Origin: Candidatus Parcubacteria bacterium
Lineage (GTDB): Bacteria; Patescibacteriota; Minisyncoccia; Minisyncoccales; JAGMDC01
DNA length: 64,000 nt
Assembly (NCBI GenBank): GCA_023130975.1
Contig: JAGMAD010000001.1
Coordinates: 17,238-81,237 of the forward strand
Direction of reading: 5' to 3'
Shown here: positions 50,870 through 60,562 of the stretch, piece by piece
Layout: each line of letters opens with the position of its first letter
Position numbering within the stretch: position 1 is the first letter of the stretch
Notes under the pieces: generated by a model
The model's database searches: none
Told to the model about the DNA's origin: nothing
Seen by the model: only the letters and a program-made list of their open reading frames with translations
Translations under genes and position numbers: made by a program

Positions 50870-51826
50870 ATGAAAAAAATAGACATTCCAATAATTAAAA
50901 CTATTTCTGATTTTTTAGATTATTGTGAAATAGAAAAAGGATTATCAAATAATACTCAAAGAAATTATAAGAGATATCTTAATAAATTTGTTTTGTGGTT
51001 GAAAATAACAAAAAAAGAAAATCTTAAACCGTACGAATTTACTGCTGATGATATTTGGAACTACCGACTTTATTTATCACGATTCCAAGATGAAAAAGGT
51101 AAATCTTTAAAGAAAGTAACCCAAAATTACTATTTAATCGCCCTAAGAGCCCTTTTAAGCTACTATACAGACAAAGATATAGTTTCCATACCAGCAGACA
51201 AAGTAAAACTGCCTAAAGACGCTAAAAAAGAAAAAACTATAAAATTTCTTAACTTAGAACAAATTGAAAAGCTTTTATTAGCACCTAATACAAAAACAAA
51301 AGTTGGTTTAAGGGATAGAACTATTTTAGAAAGCTTTTTTTCAACAGGTCTAAGAATAGCTGAATTAGTAGCTCTTAATAGAGAACAATTTAGTAATATA
51401 AAAAATAAAAAGGATTTAGAACTTTCAATTATCGGCAAAGGAGATAGTCCCAGAACAGTATATTTTTCTGAAAGAGCATTAAGTTGGATCAAAAAATATT
51501 TAGAAACAAATAAAGATGAAGAAAAAGCTTTATTCGTACATTATAGGTCACGAAAAGACGTAGATAACCGGCTTACAGCACGTTCTATAGAAAGAATGAT
51601 AAAAAAATATGCCGTATTAGCTGGTGTTCCTGTTTTTACTACCCCTCATACTATCCGTCATTCTTATGCTACTGATTTATTAAATCAAGGTGTTGACTTA
51701 AGAACAATCCAAGAATTTTTGGGACATAAAAGTATTCTTACAACCCAAATATATACCCATGTAACGAATAAACGCCTCCGGGACATTCATCGTCAATTTC
51801 ACAGCGGTAAAAAACTCAAAGAATAA
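50870..51826 (+). CDS. Tyrosine recombinase, XerC/XerD-like
   Basis: SAM-like N-terminal domain. Catalytic R...HTIRHSYAT...LGHKSILTTQIYTHV. Confidence 0.85.
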   Translation: MKKIDIPIIKTISDFLDYCEIEKGLSNNTQRNYKRYLNKFVLWLKITKKENLKPYEFTADDIWNYRLYLSRFQDEKGKSLKKVTQNYYLIALRALLSYYTDKDIVSIPADKVKLPKDAKKEKTIKFLNLEQIEKLLLAPNTKTKVGLRDRTILESFFSTGLRIAELVALNREQFSNIKNKKDLELSIIGKGDSPRTVYFSERALSWIKKYLETNKDEEKALFVHYRSRKDVDNRLTARSIERMIKKYAVLAGVPVFTTPHTIRHSYATDLLNQGVDLRTIQEFLGHKSILTTQIYTHVTNKRLRDIHRQFHSGKKLKE

Positions 51827-51854
51827 AAAACAGGGGTTAAATCCCCTGTTTTTT
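51825..51854. terminator. Bidirectional intrinsic terminator
   Basis: aaaaaacagggg-ttaaat-cccctgtttttt between convergent genes. Confidence 0.8.
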
Positions 51855-51880
51855 GGTTTTTCTTTAAATGTCGGATAATA

Positions 51881-52555
51881 TCACTTTCCGAAGCGGCGGT
51901 GGTGAAGAAAGTATTCATAAAGGGCTGTATCTAAGTCCTTTTCAGTAAAATCAGGCCAATATTTATCAAAAAAGAAAATTTCAGAATAGGCGGCCTGCCA
52001 GATTAAAAAATTAGAAATCCGTTTTTCCTTGCCAGTTCTGATAATTAAGTCAAGGTCAGCCGTCCAAAGATTTTTGGAAATTACATCTTCATTAATTTTT
52101 TCTAAAGAAATTTTCTTTTTAATTATATTTTTTATTGCCTCAACAATTTCAGCTCTGCCGCCATAACTTAAAGCAATATTCAAAATCATATTTTTGTTAT
52201 TTTTAGTAATTTTTTCAATCCTTCTTATTGCCTTTTGAAGGTCTTTAGATAATCTTTGCTTCTGACCAATAACCACAACCTTAATTCCTTGTTTGTCAAG
52301 GTCTTTAACATCTAAAATGCTCTTAATCAAATACATTAAATAATTTATTTCTTTTTTGGGCCTTTTCCAGTTCTCAGTGGAAAAAACAAATAATGTTAGA
52401 ATTTTTATTCCTTTGTTTTTAGAGGCCTTAATAATATTCTTTACCACTTCTCTGCCCTTTTTATGGCCATCAAAAACAGGCAAATTCTTCTCTTTCGCCC
52501 ATCTTCTATTTCCATCTAAAATAATGCCTAAATGATAAGGTATTTTCTTTTTCAT
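51881..52555 (-). CDS. uppS: Isoprenyl transferase (cis-prenyltransferase, UppS family), paralogue 1
   Basis: HLGIILDGNRRWA, FVFSTENWKRP, IRTGKEKRISNFLIWQAAYSE, RRFG. Confidence 0.9.
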   Translation of the reverse strand: MKKKIPYHLGIILDGNRRWAKEKNLPVFDGHKKGREVVKNIIKASKNKGIKILTLFVFSTENWKRPKKEINYLMYLIKSILDVKDLDKQGIKVVVIGQKQRLSKDLQKAIRRIEKITKNNKNMILNIALSYGGRAEIVEAIKNIIKKKISLEKINEDVISKNLWTADLDLIIRTGKEKRISNFLIWQAAYSEIFFFDKYWPDFTEKDLDTALYEYFLHHRRFGK

Positions 52556-52567
52556 TTAATTAAATAA

Positions 52568-53578
52568 TCAGAATAAAAAATCTCCTTCTATGTTAATTTC
52601 TTTTGGCAGAAGCCAGGGAAAATTGCTTCTAGAGAAATAAACTGTTTTTTTAATTATTTTTGAAAAAATAATTTTTGGCAAGAAAAATTTATTAACTTCC
52701 TTCTTATATTTTATAAAATCTGGAAAATTCTTCAAGAGAATATCAGCTGATATTAAAGACCATACCACTCCCCCGCCGGACCAGGGTTTGGTAAGACCAG
52801 TAGCATCGCCACAAAGAGTGATTTTAGAATTTTTAGGAATTATCGGCACTAATGTTTGGGGAATTATGGCTGCTTTTCTTTTCAGAAGATAAATTTTCTT
52901 TTCTTTTAAAAATCTATCGAAATAATTCTTTGCTTTCTTAAAGTCCTCCATTATCCCATATTCTATATTTTCTCCTCGAGGGATTCTCCAAATAAAACCA
53001 GAATTAGTTGCCCAGGTTTCTAGATAGTTAGAATTATCTTTTTTTTCTAAAAATCCTTGAATAGCCAAGAAAAATCGCGGTTCTGAAAGGTTTAATTCTC
53101 TTCTAATAACAGAATTTGCTCCATCGCAGCCAATAGTTCTATCAACCCCCACACCATAACGAGGACTAACTTCGTTAATTTTGGTGCCTTCAGCACCTTG
53201 TCCTCGTTTGGTGTGGGGGTCAAATTCCTTTGGAAAATCATCTATTTTATTGTTTAAAATAATTTTCGCTCCTGAATTTTGAGCTAGATGGGCCACTAAA
53301 TTATCTAATTTATAATGGCTCATTACGAAAAAACTTTTTTTAAAAATAATCTTTGAAGTTTTTCTTGGAAAGTGAATTAATACTTCTTTGATTTCATTTT
53401 GAATTAATTTCTTGCTTTCTGGAATAAAGTCAAAGATTCTTTCGCTAAAAAGGCCTGAGCAGACTTCTTTGCCTATTTTTCCTTTTTTTTCAAAGACAAT
53501 TACCTCCTCGCCTTTTTGGGAAAGTTTCCAGGCAAGATATAATCCTGTAATACCTGCTCCGACAATAACAATCTTCAT
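52568..53578 (-). CDS. FAD-dependent oxidoreductase, geranylgeranyl reductase family, carrying an in-frame repeat insert
   Basis: KIVIVGAGITGLYLA..EVIVFEKK dinucleotide fold. IGCDGANSVIRR. C-terminal CGDATGLTKPWSGGG. Confidence 0.75.
   Translation of the reverse strand: MKIVIVGAGITGLYLAWKLSQKGEEVIVFEKKGKIGKEVCSGLFSERIFDFIPESKKLIQNEIKEVLIHFPRKTSKIIFKKSFFVMSHYKLDNLVAHLAQNSGAKIILNNKIDDFPKEFDPHTKRGQGAEGTKINEVSPRYGVGVDRTIGCDGANSVIRRELNLSEPRFFLAIQGFLEKKDNSNYLETWATNSGFIWRIPRGENIEYGIMEDFKKAKNYFDRFLKEKKIYLLKRKAAIIPQTLVPIIPKNSKITLCGDATGLTKPWSGGGVVWSLISADILLKNFPDFIKYKKEVNKFFLPKIIFSKIIKKTVYFSRSNFPWLLPKEINIEGDFLF
53146..53219. mobile_element. Family-1 MITE-like element (74 nt) in frame inside the flavoprotein gene
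   Basis: CCCCCACACCATAA...TTTGGTGTGGGGG with inner stem ACGAGGAC/GTCCTCGT. Direct tcaa/tcaa flanks (53142-53145, 53220-53223). Confidence 0.7.
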
Positions 53579-53640
53579 AAAAATTAAATTAATACTAAAT
53601 TGCCTGATTTTAAAGCAAAAATAATACTTAGAGACGGTTT

Positions 53641-54336
53641 TTAAGTACCAAACCTTCTCCAGCGATTACTATATTCTTTAAGAGCTTTATCTAAATCTTT
53701 TTCTGTAAAATCAGGCCATAGTTTTTTTAAAAAAACAAATTCAGAATAAGCAATATGCCAAAGTAGAAAATTAGAAAGCCTTTGTTCTCCACCGGTTCTT
53801 ATAACTAAATCGGGGAAATGATATGTACCGGCACAAAGATGTTCTGTTAGTACATCCTCTGTAACTTTTTCAGCTGGAATTCTTTTCTCAATTATTTTTT
53901 TAACCGATTCTACAATATCCCATTTTCCACTGTAGCTTACTGCCAAATTAATAAAAAAATTTTTGTTATTCATTGTTTTCTCTTCGGCCTCTTCTATAAC
54001 ATTTATTAGAGATTTGGGTAATTTTTCTACACAACCTATAACTTTAATTTTGGTTCCTTCTGCAATAGAGTCTTTCAAAATCTCTTTAATTTTCTCTTCA
54101 AAAAAAGACATTAAGAAATCAACTTCTTCTTTGGGTCGTTTCCAGTTTTCCATTGAAAAACCCCATAGAGTTACCATTTTTACTCCTCTATTTTTGCACC
54201 AATAAGTGAATTTCTTTAGATTATTGTAAGCGGCAGAATATCCTTCGGCTAAAGAAAGATTATTTTTTCTCGCCCATCTTCTATTGCCGTCAGCAATTAT
54301 TGCAATATGGTACGGAATTTTACTGATGTTTTTCAT
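53641..54336 (-). CDS. uppS: Isoprenyl transferase (UppS family), paralogue 2
   Basis: HIAIIADGNRRWA, WGFSMENWKRP, IRTGGEQRLSNFLLWHIAYSE, RRFG. Confidence 0.9.
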   Translation of the reverse strand: MKNISKIPYHIAIIADGNRRWARKNNLSLAEGYSAAYNNLKKFTYWCKNRGVKMVTLWGFSMENWKRPKEEVDFLMSFFEEKIKEILKDSIAEGTKIKVIGCVEKLPKSLINVIEEAEEKTMNNKNFFINLAVSYSGKWDIVESVKKIIEKRIPAEKVTEDVLTEHLCAGTYHFPDLVIRTGGEQRLSNFLLWHIAYSEFVFLKKLWPDFTEKDLDKALKEYSNRWRRFGT

Positions 54337-54574
54337 ATTCTATTCTAATTGGCTCTTTTTCCTGCTGTTGAGCTACTATATATCCCATAGCAAAAGAAAG
54401 CAAAGAAATTAAGATAACACCAATTAGGAGTATTATATCTTCTTTATTCTGCTTGACAAACTGTGATAATTTTGATAACATAAAATCACGAAGCGTTAGC
54501 GAAGGGATTTTACCCCCTCCTTTTCGCGCTTGCGCAAGAGGAGGGGGTTCTCGCTCGCTATCGCTCGCTCGAAC

Positions 54575-54847
54575 ATGGCAAAGACAAAAGCTACTGGAGC
54601 AACAAAATTAGGAAGGGACTCCCAACCAAAATATTTAGGAGTTAAACTAACAGATGGCCAAAAAGCAAAAGTAGGAAATGTGATTATTCGTCAACGCGGA
54701 ACAAAGTTTCTTCCTGGAAAAAATGTCAAAAAAGGTAAAGATGATACCCTCTATGCTTTAAAAGAAGGGGAAATTAAGTTTGCCACTAAACGGAAAAAGA
54801 AATTTGACAAATCACAGAGAATTGTTAAACTTGTTAATGTATTATAG
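54575..54847 (+). CDS. rpmA: 50S ribosomal protein L27
   Basis: [40 protein letters not shown]. Start set at ATG 54575; the tracked extension runs through a GC-rich palindrome. Confidence 0.95.
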   Translation: MAKTKATGATKLGRDSQPKYLGVKLTDGQKAKVGNVIIRQRGTKFLPGKNVKKGKDDTLYALKEGEIKFATKRKKKFDKSQRIVKLVNVL

Positions 54848-54891
54848 AAATTTGAAAATTTAATTGAAAATTTAAGGGGTGAAACAAAAAA

Positions 54892-55068
54892 ATGATAGGA
54901 AAGCAGTTATTCCAGTTGTTCTGGACCACTACTGGGTTATTGCTATCATTAGCAGCAATGATAGCAATATCTGAGTTTTGCATTCTAGTGCCAATCGTCC
55001 TCGTCGGTATATTTTATATAGTTGTGGCACTAGGTTGTGAAAGATTCAGGATAATAACAGAAATATAA
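54892..55068 (+). CDS. Small membrane protein (58 aa)
   Basis: SD aagggg, two hydrophobic helices. Terminator aggagaata-tgc-tattctcct plus T8 at 55068-55098. Confidence 0.45.
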   Translation: MIGKQLFQLFWTTTGLLLSLAAMIAISEFCILVPIVLVGIFYIVVALGCERFRIITEI

Positions 55069-55145
55069 GGAGAATATGCTATTCTCCTATTTTTTTTATA
55101 GGGCGGATTTAATTTTGAATTTTGATTTTTGACATTTGGTTTTTT

Positions 55146-56783
55146 CTAATATTTAATTTTTGAATTTTTTACGCATGCTTTCACGAATTCCCTAAACAAG
55201 GAATGTGGCTTCGAGGGCCTCGACTTAAATTCCGGATGAAACTGCACCCCAATAAAGAAAGGGTGTTTTTTTAATTCTATAATTTCTACCAAGTCCTTTT
55301 CTGGGTTCACACCAGCCATTATCATACCTTTATCTTCTAAAACGCTCTTAAACTCATTATTTAGCTCATAGCGGTGCCTATGGCGCTCAGAGGCATATTT
55401 ACACTTTCCGTATATTCTCCAGCTCTTAGTGCCTGTTTTCAGCTCACATTTATAAGCACCCAACCGCATTGTTCCGCCATATCTTTTCTCTTTTAAAAGA
55501 GCTTTTTGTTCCGGCATTACATCAATTACTGGCATTCGGCAATTAGAAGAAAATTCAGTGGAATTAGCTTTCTTTAAACCGCAGACATTTCTGGCAAATT
55601 CAATTACGGCCAACTGCATACCCAAACAAAGTCCTAAAAAAGGAATTTTTTCTTCTCGACAAAATTGGATAGCTTTTATTTTTCCTTCCACTCCCCTGTT
55701 CCCGAAACCACCAGGAACAATAATACCATCATAATCTTTCAACTCTTTTAGAGATTGAGAATCCTTCTCAAATTTTCCTGCTGATAACCAATAAATCTCT
55801 GGCTTCTTTTTATAAAACCAAGCAGCATGCTTAACTGCTTCAATTACTGAAATGTATGAATCCATTAAAGTAAATTTTCCTGTTTCAAAGTATTTTCCTA
55901 CGATACCAATCCTAACCGGCTTTTTTTTCTTTTTTATTACCTTCACTAATTTCTCCCATTTTTCTAAATTACTTTTTCTTGGATTCAAGTCAAATTTCTT
56001 TAAAATTCGGTTGCCTAAATTTTCTTTTTCAAAATTAATTGGAACTTCATAAATGGATTTAATATCAGGAGCAGAAATAATATCTTTAATATCTACATTA
56101 CAGAAAATAGAAATTTTCTTTTTTCTTGGTCTGTCTAAGGAAAAGGAAGAACGACCTAAAATAATATCTGGCTGAATCCCTGCTTCGTTTAACAATCTTA
56201 CTGCGTTCTGGGTCGGCTTTGTTTTCATTTCACCAATCATTTTAGGAACTGGTAAATAACTCACCAAAACAAAAAGAACATCTCCTGGATATTTAAGCTT
56301 CATCATTCTGGCTGCTTCCAAAAACAACATATTCTGATATTCACCTACTGTTCCACCTACTTCAATTAAAACAAAATCAGCTCTATTTTTTTTAGCTGAT
56401 TTTAATATCCTTGAAATCGCTTCATTGGGAATATCTGGCACAACCTCAACGCATCTTCCTCCATACTCTAAATTTCTTTCTCGGTTTATTACTGCCTGAT
56501 ATACCTTGCCAGTAGTAATGTAATTAATACTTGATAAGCTTTCATCTAAAAATCTTTCATAGTTTCCAAGATCTTGGTCACACTCTACTCCGTCATCAGT
56601 AACAAAAACCTCTCCATGCTCAATAGGATTCATGGTCCCGGCATCAACATTAATGTAAGGATCAATTTTGACTGCTGTTATTTTAAATCCTTTGCTCTGT
56701 AATATTTTTCCTATTGAGGCGGTAGCTATTCCTTTACCAATACCAGACATTACGCCACCAGCAACAAATATAAATTTTGGCAT
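55146..56783 (-). CDS. pyrG: CTP synthase
   Basis: KFIFVAGGVMSGIGKG, synthetase domain, GATase domain (GLCLGMQ, HRHRYE). Confidence 0.95.
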   Translation of the reverse strand: MPKFIFVAGGVMSGIGKGIATASIGKILQSKGFKITAVKIDPYINVDAGTMNPIEHGEVFVTDDGVECDQDLGNYERFLDESLSSINYITTGKVYQAVINRERNLEYGGRCVEVVPDIPNEAISRILKSAKKNRADFVLIEVGGTVGEYQNMLFLEAARMMKLKYPGDVLFVLVSYLPVPKMIGEMKTKPTQNAVRLLNEAGIQPDIILGRSSFSLDRPRKKKISIFCNVDIKDIISAPDIKSIYEVPINFEKENLGNRILKKFDLNPRKSNLEKWEKLVKVIKKKKKPVRIGIVGKYFETGKFTLMDSYISVIEAVKHAAWFYKKKPEIYWLSAGKFEKDSQSLKELKDYDGIIVPGGFGNRGVEGKIKAIQFCREEKIPFLGLCLGMQLAVIEFARNVCGLKKANSTEFSSNCRMPVIDVMPEQKALLKEKRYGGTMRLGAYKCELKTGTKSWRIYGKCKYASERHRHRYELNNEFKSVLEDKGMIMAGVNPEKDLVEIIELKKHPFFIGVQFHPEFKSRPSKPHSLFREFVKACVKNSKIKY

Positions 56784-56789
56784 AACCAA

Positions 56790-56895
56790 AATTTAATTTC
56801 TAATTTCTAATTTCTATTAAATTTCTAATTCTTTAATTTTTAATTGAAAATTTTAGAATTGAAAATTGAATGAAAATTGAAAATTGAAAATTTTA
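56790..56895. repeat. AT-rich heptamer-periodic intergenic repeat block
   Basis: (TAATTTC)n on the left, (GAAAATT)n on the right. The arms are near-complementary. Similar blocks at 48130-48185, 63163-63294, 13608-13647. Confidence 0.7.
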
Positions 56896-57345
56896 TTAAG
56901 ATTTCTCTTCAACAACTATTATTCTCACTTCTGCTTCTAAATTATGTTCAAATTTTATTTTTATTGGAAATTCACCAATTTCTTTAATTGGTTCTTCTAA
57001 ATCAATTTGTGTTTTTTTGATTTCAAAACCTAATTCTTTTAATTTTTCAGAAATCTTTTGAGGAGTTATTGATTCAAAAAACTGATTCTCTTTTCCAATT
57101 TTAACTGGAATATTCAATTCTAACCCATCTATTTTTGTGGCTATGTCTTGGAAATTTTTCAATTCTTTCTCTGATTCTTTCTTTATTGTCTCTTTTTGAT
57201 TTTCCAGCCATTTAAGATTTTTTTCTGTTGCCAACTTAACTAAACTTTTAGGAATAAGAAAATTCCTGGCATAGCCATCTGCCACTTCTTTTATTTCATA
57301 TTTCTTTCCTAATTTTTCTACATCTTGAAGAAGAATAACTCTCAT
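56896..57345 (-). CDS. rplI: 50S ribosomal protein L9
   Basis: [33 protein letters not shown]. Confidence 0.95.
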   Translation of the reverse strand: MRVILLQDVEKLGKKYEIKEVADGYARNFLIPKSLVKLATEKNLKWLENQKETIKKESEKELKNFQDIATKIDGLELNIPVKIGKENQFFESITPQKISEKLKELGFEIKKTQIDLEEPIKEIGEFPIKIKFEHNLEAEVRIIVVEEKS

Positions 57346-57358
57346 ATTGATTATTATA

Positions 57359-58576
57359 CTACATTTCCCTTAAAATTTCAATTGCTTTTTCTAATTGAGG
57401 ATCTTTTTCTTTTTCATAATCTTCCCTGGTCATCTCTATCTTAATATCCGGCTCTAAACCTTCATTGCTTAAAACTTCACCATTAGGAGTCAACCAATTA
57501 GCTATGGTAACTTTTAAGCTTCCTTCCCGTAATTCTTCTAATACTTGAACCGTTCCTTTTCCAAATGACTTCTCACCAACTAGCCTCACTCCCCTATTAT
57601 CTCGCAAAGCACCAGCTAAAATTTCAGAACCAGAAGCTGAACCTTGATTAATCAAAACCACTACTGGATAGGACAAAAATTTCTCCGGACCTTTTGCTTT
57701 ATAAAATTCTTGTTCTTTATCTCCCCCAAAATCCTCAATAGCTACAATTTGTCCTTTTTCCAAAAACCAGCCAGCAATATTCTGAGCCACTCCTAAATAA
57801 CCTCCTGGATTGTTTCTTAAGTCCAGAATTATTTTTTCCGCAGGAGAATTTAAAATATCTTGAGCAGCGCTTTTAAAATCGTAACTTGCTTTTTCAGAAA
57901 ACTGATAAAGTTTGATGTAAGCAATATTATCTTCCAGCCCTCCGGCTTCGCCTGGCGAGACGAGTAATTCCCAATCTAATGAAGGTATTTCTATTACACC
58001 TCTAATAATTTTTATTTCTTTTGTCTCTTCCCAATCTTCTCTATAAATAGTAAGTGAAACCTCTGTTCCTTTGGGACCCCTGATAAGTTTTACTGCTTCA
58101 TCTATGCTTATATCAACAGTTAAGGTCTCATCTATTTTCATAATCTTATCTCCGGCTCTTAATCCTGCTTTTTGGGCCGGAGTTTCTTCTAAAGGCGCAA
58201 TAACAGTTAGCTGTCCGCTTCTTAATCCTATTTCCATGCCCACTCCTTCAAATACTCCCTTGACATCCTCTTCAAATATTTTTGCTTCTTCAGGATCAAA
58301 AAAAACAGTATAAGGATCTCCTAAACTCTCCACCATTCCAGATATAGCTCCGTAAATCATTTTCTGGGAATCAAAATTTTCTGGCTCAACATACTTCTCT
58401 TGGAGAGTATTATAGACCTCCCAAAATAAAGAAAAATCTAATTCATCAGAAGGAGAAACCATTCTCTTTCCTTCAATTTCACCAAAATAATACCCAAACC
58501 CAAAACCAATCAATACAGCAATGATCAACAAAAAAAGAATTATTGATTTTTTAATTCCTGATTTTAAAAAAAGCAT
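57359..58576 (-). CDS. S41 family C-terminal processing peptidase with PDZ domain
   Basis: PDZ ([12 protein letters not shown]), catalytic block [26 protein letters not shown]. Confidence 0.85.
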   Translation of the reverse strand: MLFLKSGIKKSIILFLLIIAVLIGFGFGYYFGEIEGKRMVSPSDELDFSLFWEVYNTLQEKYVEPENFDSQKMIYGAISGMVESLGDPYTVFFDPEEAKIFEEDVKGVFEGVGMEIGLRSGQLTVIAPLEETPAQKAGLRAGDKIMKIDETLTVDISIDEAVKLIRGPKGTEVSLTIYREDWEETKEIKIIRGVIEIPSLDWELLVSPGEAGGLEDNIAYIKLYQFSEKASYDFKSAAQDILNSPAEKIILDLRNNPGGYLGVAQNIAGWFLEKGQIVAIEDFGGDKEQEFYKAKGPEKFLSYPVVVLINQGSASGSEILAGALRDNRGVRLVGEKSFGKGTVQVLEELREGSLKVTIANWLTPNGEVLSNEGLEPDIKIEMTREDYEKEKDPQLEKAIEILREM

Positions 58577-58622
58577 GATTGCAATAATATTGTATCAAAT
58601 TTTTCAAAAAAAATCCACGGTT

Positions 58623-59663
58623 TTACTCAAAACATTTCATGAATTTTTGAACAATCTTTCCTAATCTTTCAGCCAAGGTTTTTACTTCAAAATGGATTAA
58701 TAAAAGAATTCCCAAGCCAGCCATAATTAAACTAAGGCATCTCACTATTAAACTAAAAGCAATTCCTGTATTTAAATTTAAACCAAAAATATCAAAGATT
58801 AAGGCCTGGCTCCATTCAAAACTTCCTAAGGCAGCGGGAATAGGTATAAAATAAACCAAATTTATCAAAGCATTAACAGATATCAACTCTTTAAAATTTA
58901 AAATACTTCCTAAAAATAATATTGTCAGCCAATAAGTTAAAATTAAAAGTAAAATCTCTATCAGAGTTAAAAAAGAAACTATAATTAATTGAATTTTTTG
59001 ATGTTTAAAAAAATAAAAAATTTCTCTCTCAATATCAGCAATCTTTGTTTTCACTCCATTTATCAGGCCCACTCTATCTAAACGAAGAAACTCAATAAAG
59101 AATGTGAAAAATCCTTTTTTATCTGGAGTTCTCTTAATTATTCGGGAATAGAAAAGACAGAAAATAATGAAACAGAAAAATATTATCCCAGAAATTATAA
59201 TTTCAAAAATAAAAGGCAAATCAAAAGAAAGAAACAAAAAGAATACTCCCAAAACAACAAAGAAAAATAATATACTTAAAAAAATGGCTTCACTTATAAT
59301 AATGGAAATGATAATTTTATCTAAAGAGGCTTTTGTTCTTTCTTTAATAATATAGGCCTTAAATGGTTGGCCTCCAGCAAAAATAACTGGAGTTAAATAA
59401 TTAATAGCGAAACCAACAGTCCGAGCTATTAAAACATCTAAAAAGGAAACTGGCGCTGAGGACTGAGTTTTGATTATAATCCTCCAACGTAAAGTTCCGA
59501 TTAAAAAACTCAGAAGCATAATCCCAAAAACAAAAAGAAACTGCCATAAAGAAATTGCTGAAACTGCTGAAATAATATTTTCAGCTCCTATTTTTTTAAA
59601 GGCAATAAAAAAAAGGATTAAACCTATTAATAAAGATAAAGAGAAAAATATAATCTTTCTCAT
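58623..59663 (-). CDS. Flippase-like / lysylphosphatidylglycerol-synthase TM-region family membrane protein
   Basis: About 8 TM helices. LIGTLRWRIII motif typical of UPF0104/TIGR00374 as I recall. Confidence 0.5.
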   Translation of the reverse strand: MRKIIFFSLSLLIGLILFFIAFKKIGAENIISAVSAISLWQFLFVFGIMLLSFLIGTLRWRIIIKTQSSAPVSFLDVLIARTVGFAINYLTPVIFAGGQPFKAYIIKERTKASLDKIIISIIISEAIFLSILFFFVVLGVFFLFLSFDLPFIFEIIISGIIFFCFIIFCLFYSRIIKRTPDKKGFFTFFIEFLRLDRVGLINGVKTKIADIEREIFYFFKHQKIQLIIVSFLTLIEILLLILTYWLTILFLGSILNFKELISVNALINLVYFIPIPAALGSFEWSQALIFDIFGLNLNTGIAFSLIVRCLSLIMAGLGILLLIHFEVKTLAERLGKIVQKFMKCFE

Positions 59664-59674
59664 ATTTATTCAAA

Positions 59675-60562
59675 TTATTCAAAAAATATCTTTTTTATTT
59701 TCTTGTGGTAAACTTTTATTTTATTGTCATAAATCAGATTTGGTAAAAGTAGTCCTTCTATTAGTGCGTCTTTGATTTTCTCTTTTCCAAACTGCCTGAT
59801 TAGTTTAAGCGGAAGCCACCAAAATATTAAAAGTAATAAAGCAGAATAAAAAAACCACCATTGAGCATCTGAATAATATTTCAATATTATTATTTCAAAC
59901 AATAATAAAGCAGCAATTAAAAAAATAAACAGGAATAAATAACTTCTTTCTTTGCCAATTTTAATTGCAGTAGTTTGCGTATTACCTAAGTCCTCTTCGT
60001 AATCCATTATTTGATGAGCTAAAAGAACATTGGCGCTCAATATAGTAAACAGAAATGCAATTGCCAGCAAGGATATATTAATCATTCCTTGAGACAAGAA
60101 TACTCCAGCTAAAAAAAGAAAAAGTCCTAATGCAAAACCATGGCTGATCATATCAATAATATTTCTTTCTTTAAGACGGATATAAGACATTGAATAAAAA
60201 GTAGCCCCAAAAATAGATAACAAAACAAAAATAAATCCAATAAAATTCATAAATAAGGATAAAGAAATAGAGATGAGTAATAATATTCCTGAAAGAGTTA
60301 AAACACCTTTTTTTGTCACAAGTCCTTGCGCTAATGGATTGCTTTTTGACTTGATTTTCTTTGGATTTTTTTTATCTATTTCTACATCAAAATAATTATT
60401 TATTACAAAAGCATAAGAAACAGTGCAGAAAGAAATAATGGCAATGAGAATGAAGTTACTTAAAGAAACATTAGTTAATATCGCTCCAATAAGCGGAATC
60501 CAGAAAAAGAATTTAACCGTATCTTTAATTCTTAACATTTTAAAATAGTTAAGGGTTTTCAT
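59675..60562 (-). CDS. UbiA family prenyltransferase
   Basis: NNYFDVEIDKKN (NxxxDxxxD) and MDYEEDLG second Asp-rich motif. Multi-TM. Confidence 0.8.
   Translation of the reverse strand: MKTLNYFKMLRIKDTVKFFFWIPLIGAILTNVSLSNFILIAIISFCTVSYAFVINNYFDVEIDKKNPKKIKSKSNPLAQGLVTKKGVLTLSGILLLISISLSLFMNFIGFIFVLLSIFGATFYSMSYIRLKERNIIDMISHGFALGLFLFLAGVFLSQGMINISLLAIAFLFTILSANVLLAHQIMDYEEDLGNTQTTAIKIGKERSYLFLFIFLIAALLLFEIIILKYYSDAQWWFFYSALLLLIFWWLPLKLIRQFGKEKIKDALIEGLLLPNLIYDNKIKVYHKKIKKIFFE

Noticed and set aside
54530-54574. 15-codon extension of L27 ([15 protein letters not shown]).
   Set aside because: It translates a GC-rich palindrome. L27 proteins start at MAKTKA.., and that ATG is present at 54575.
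56790-56895. Regular short repeats between pyrG and rplI, and similar blocks at 48130-48185 and 63163-63294, considered as a CRISPR array.
   Set aside because: The period is 7 nt with no unique spacers and no cas genes. These are simple AT-rich tandem repeats.
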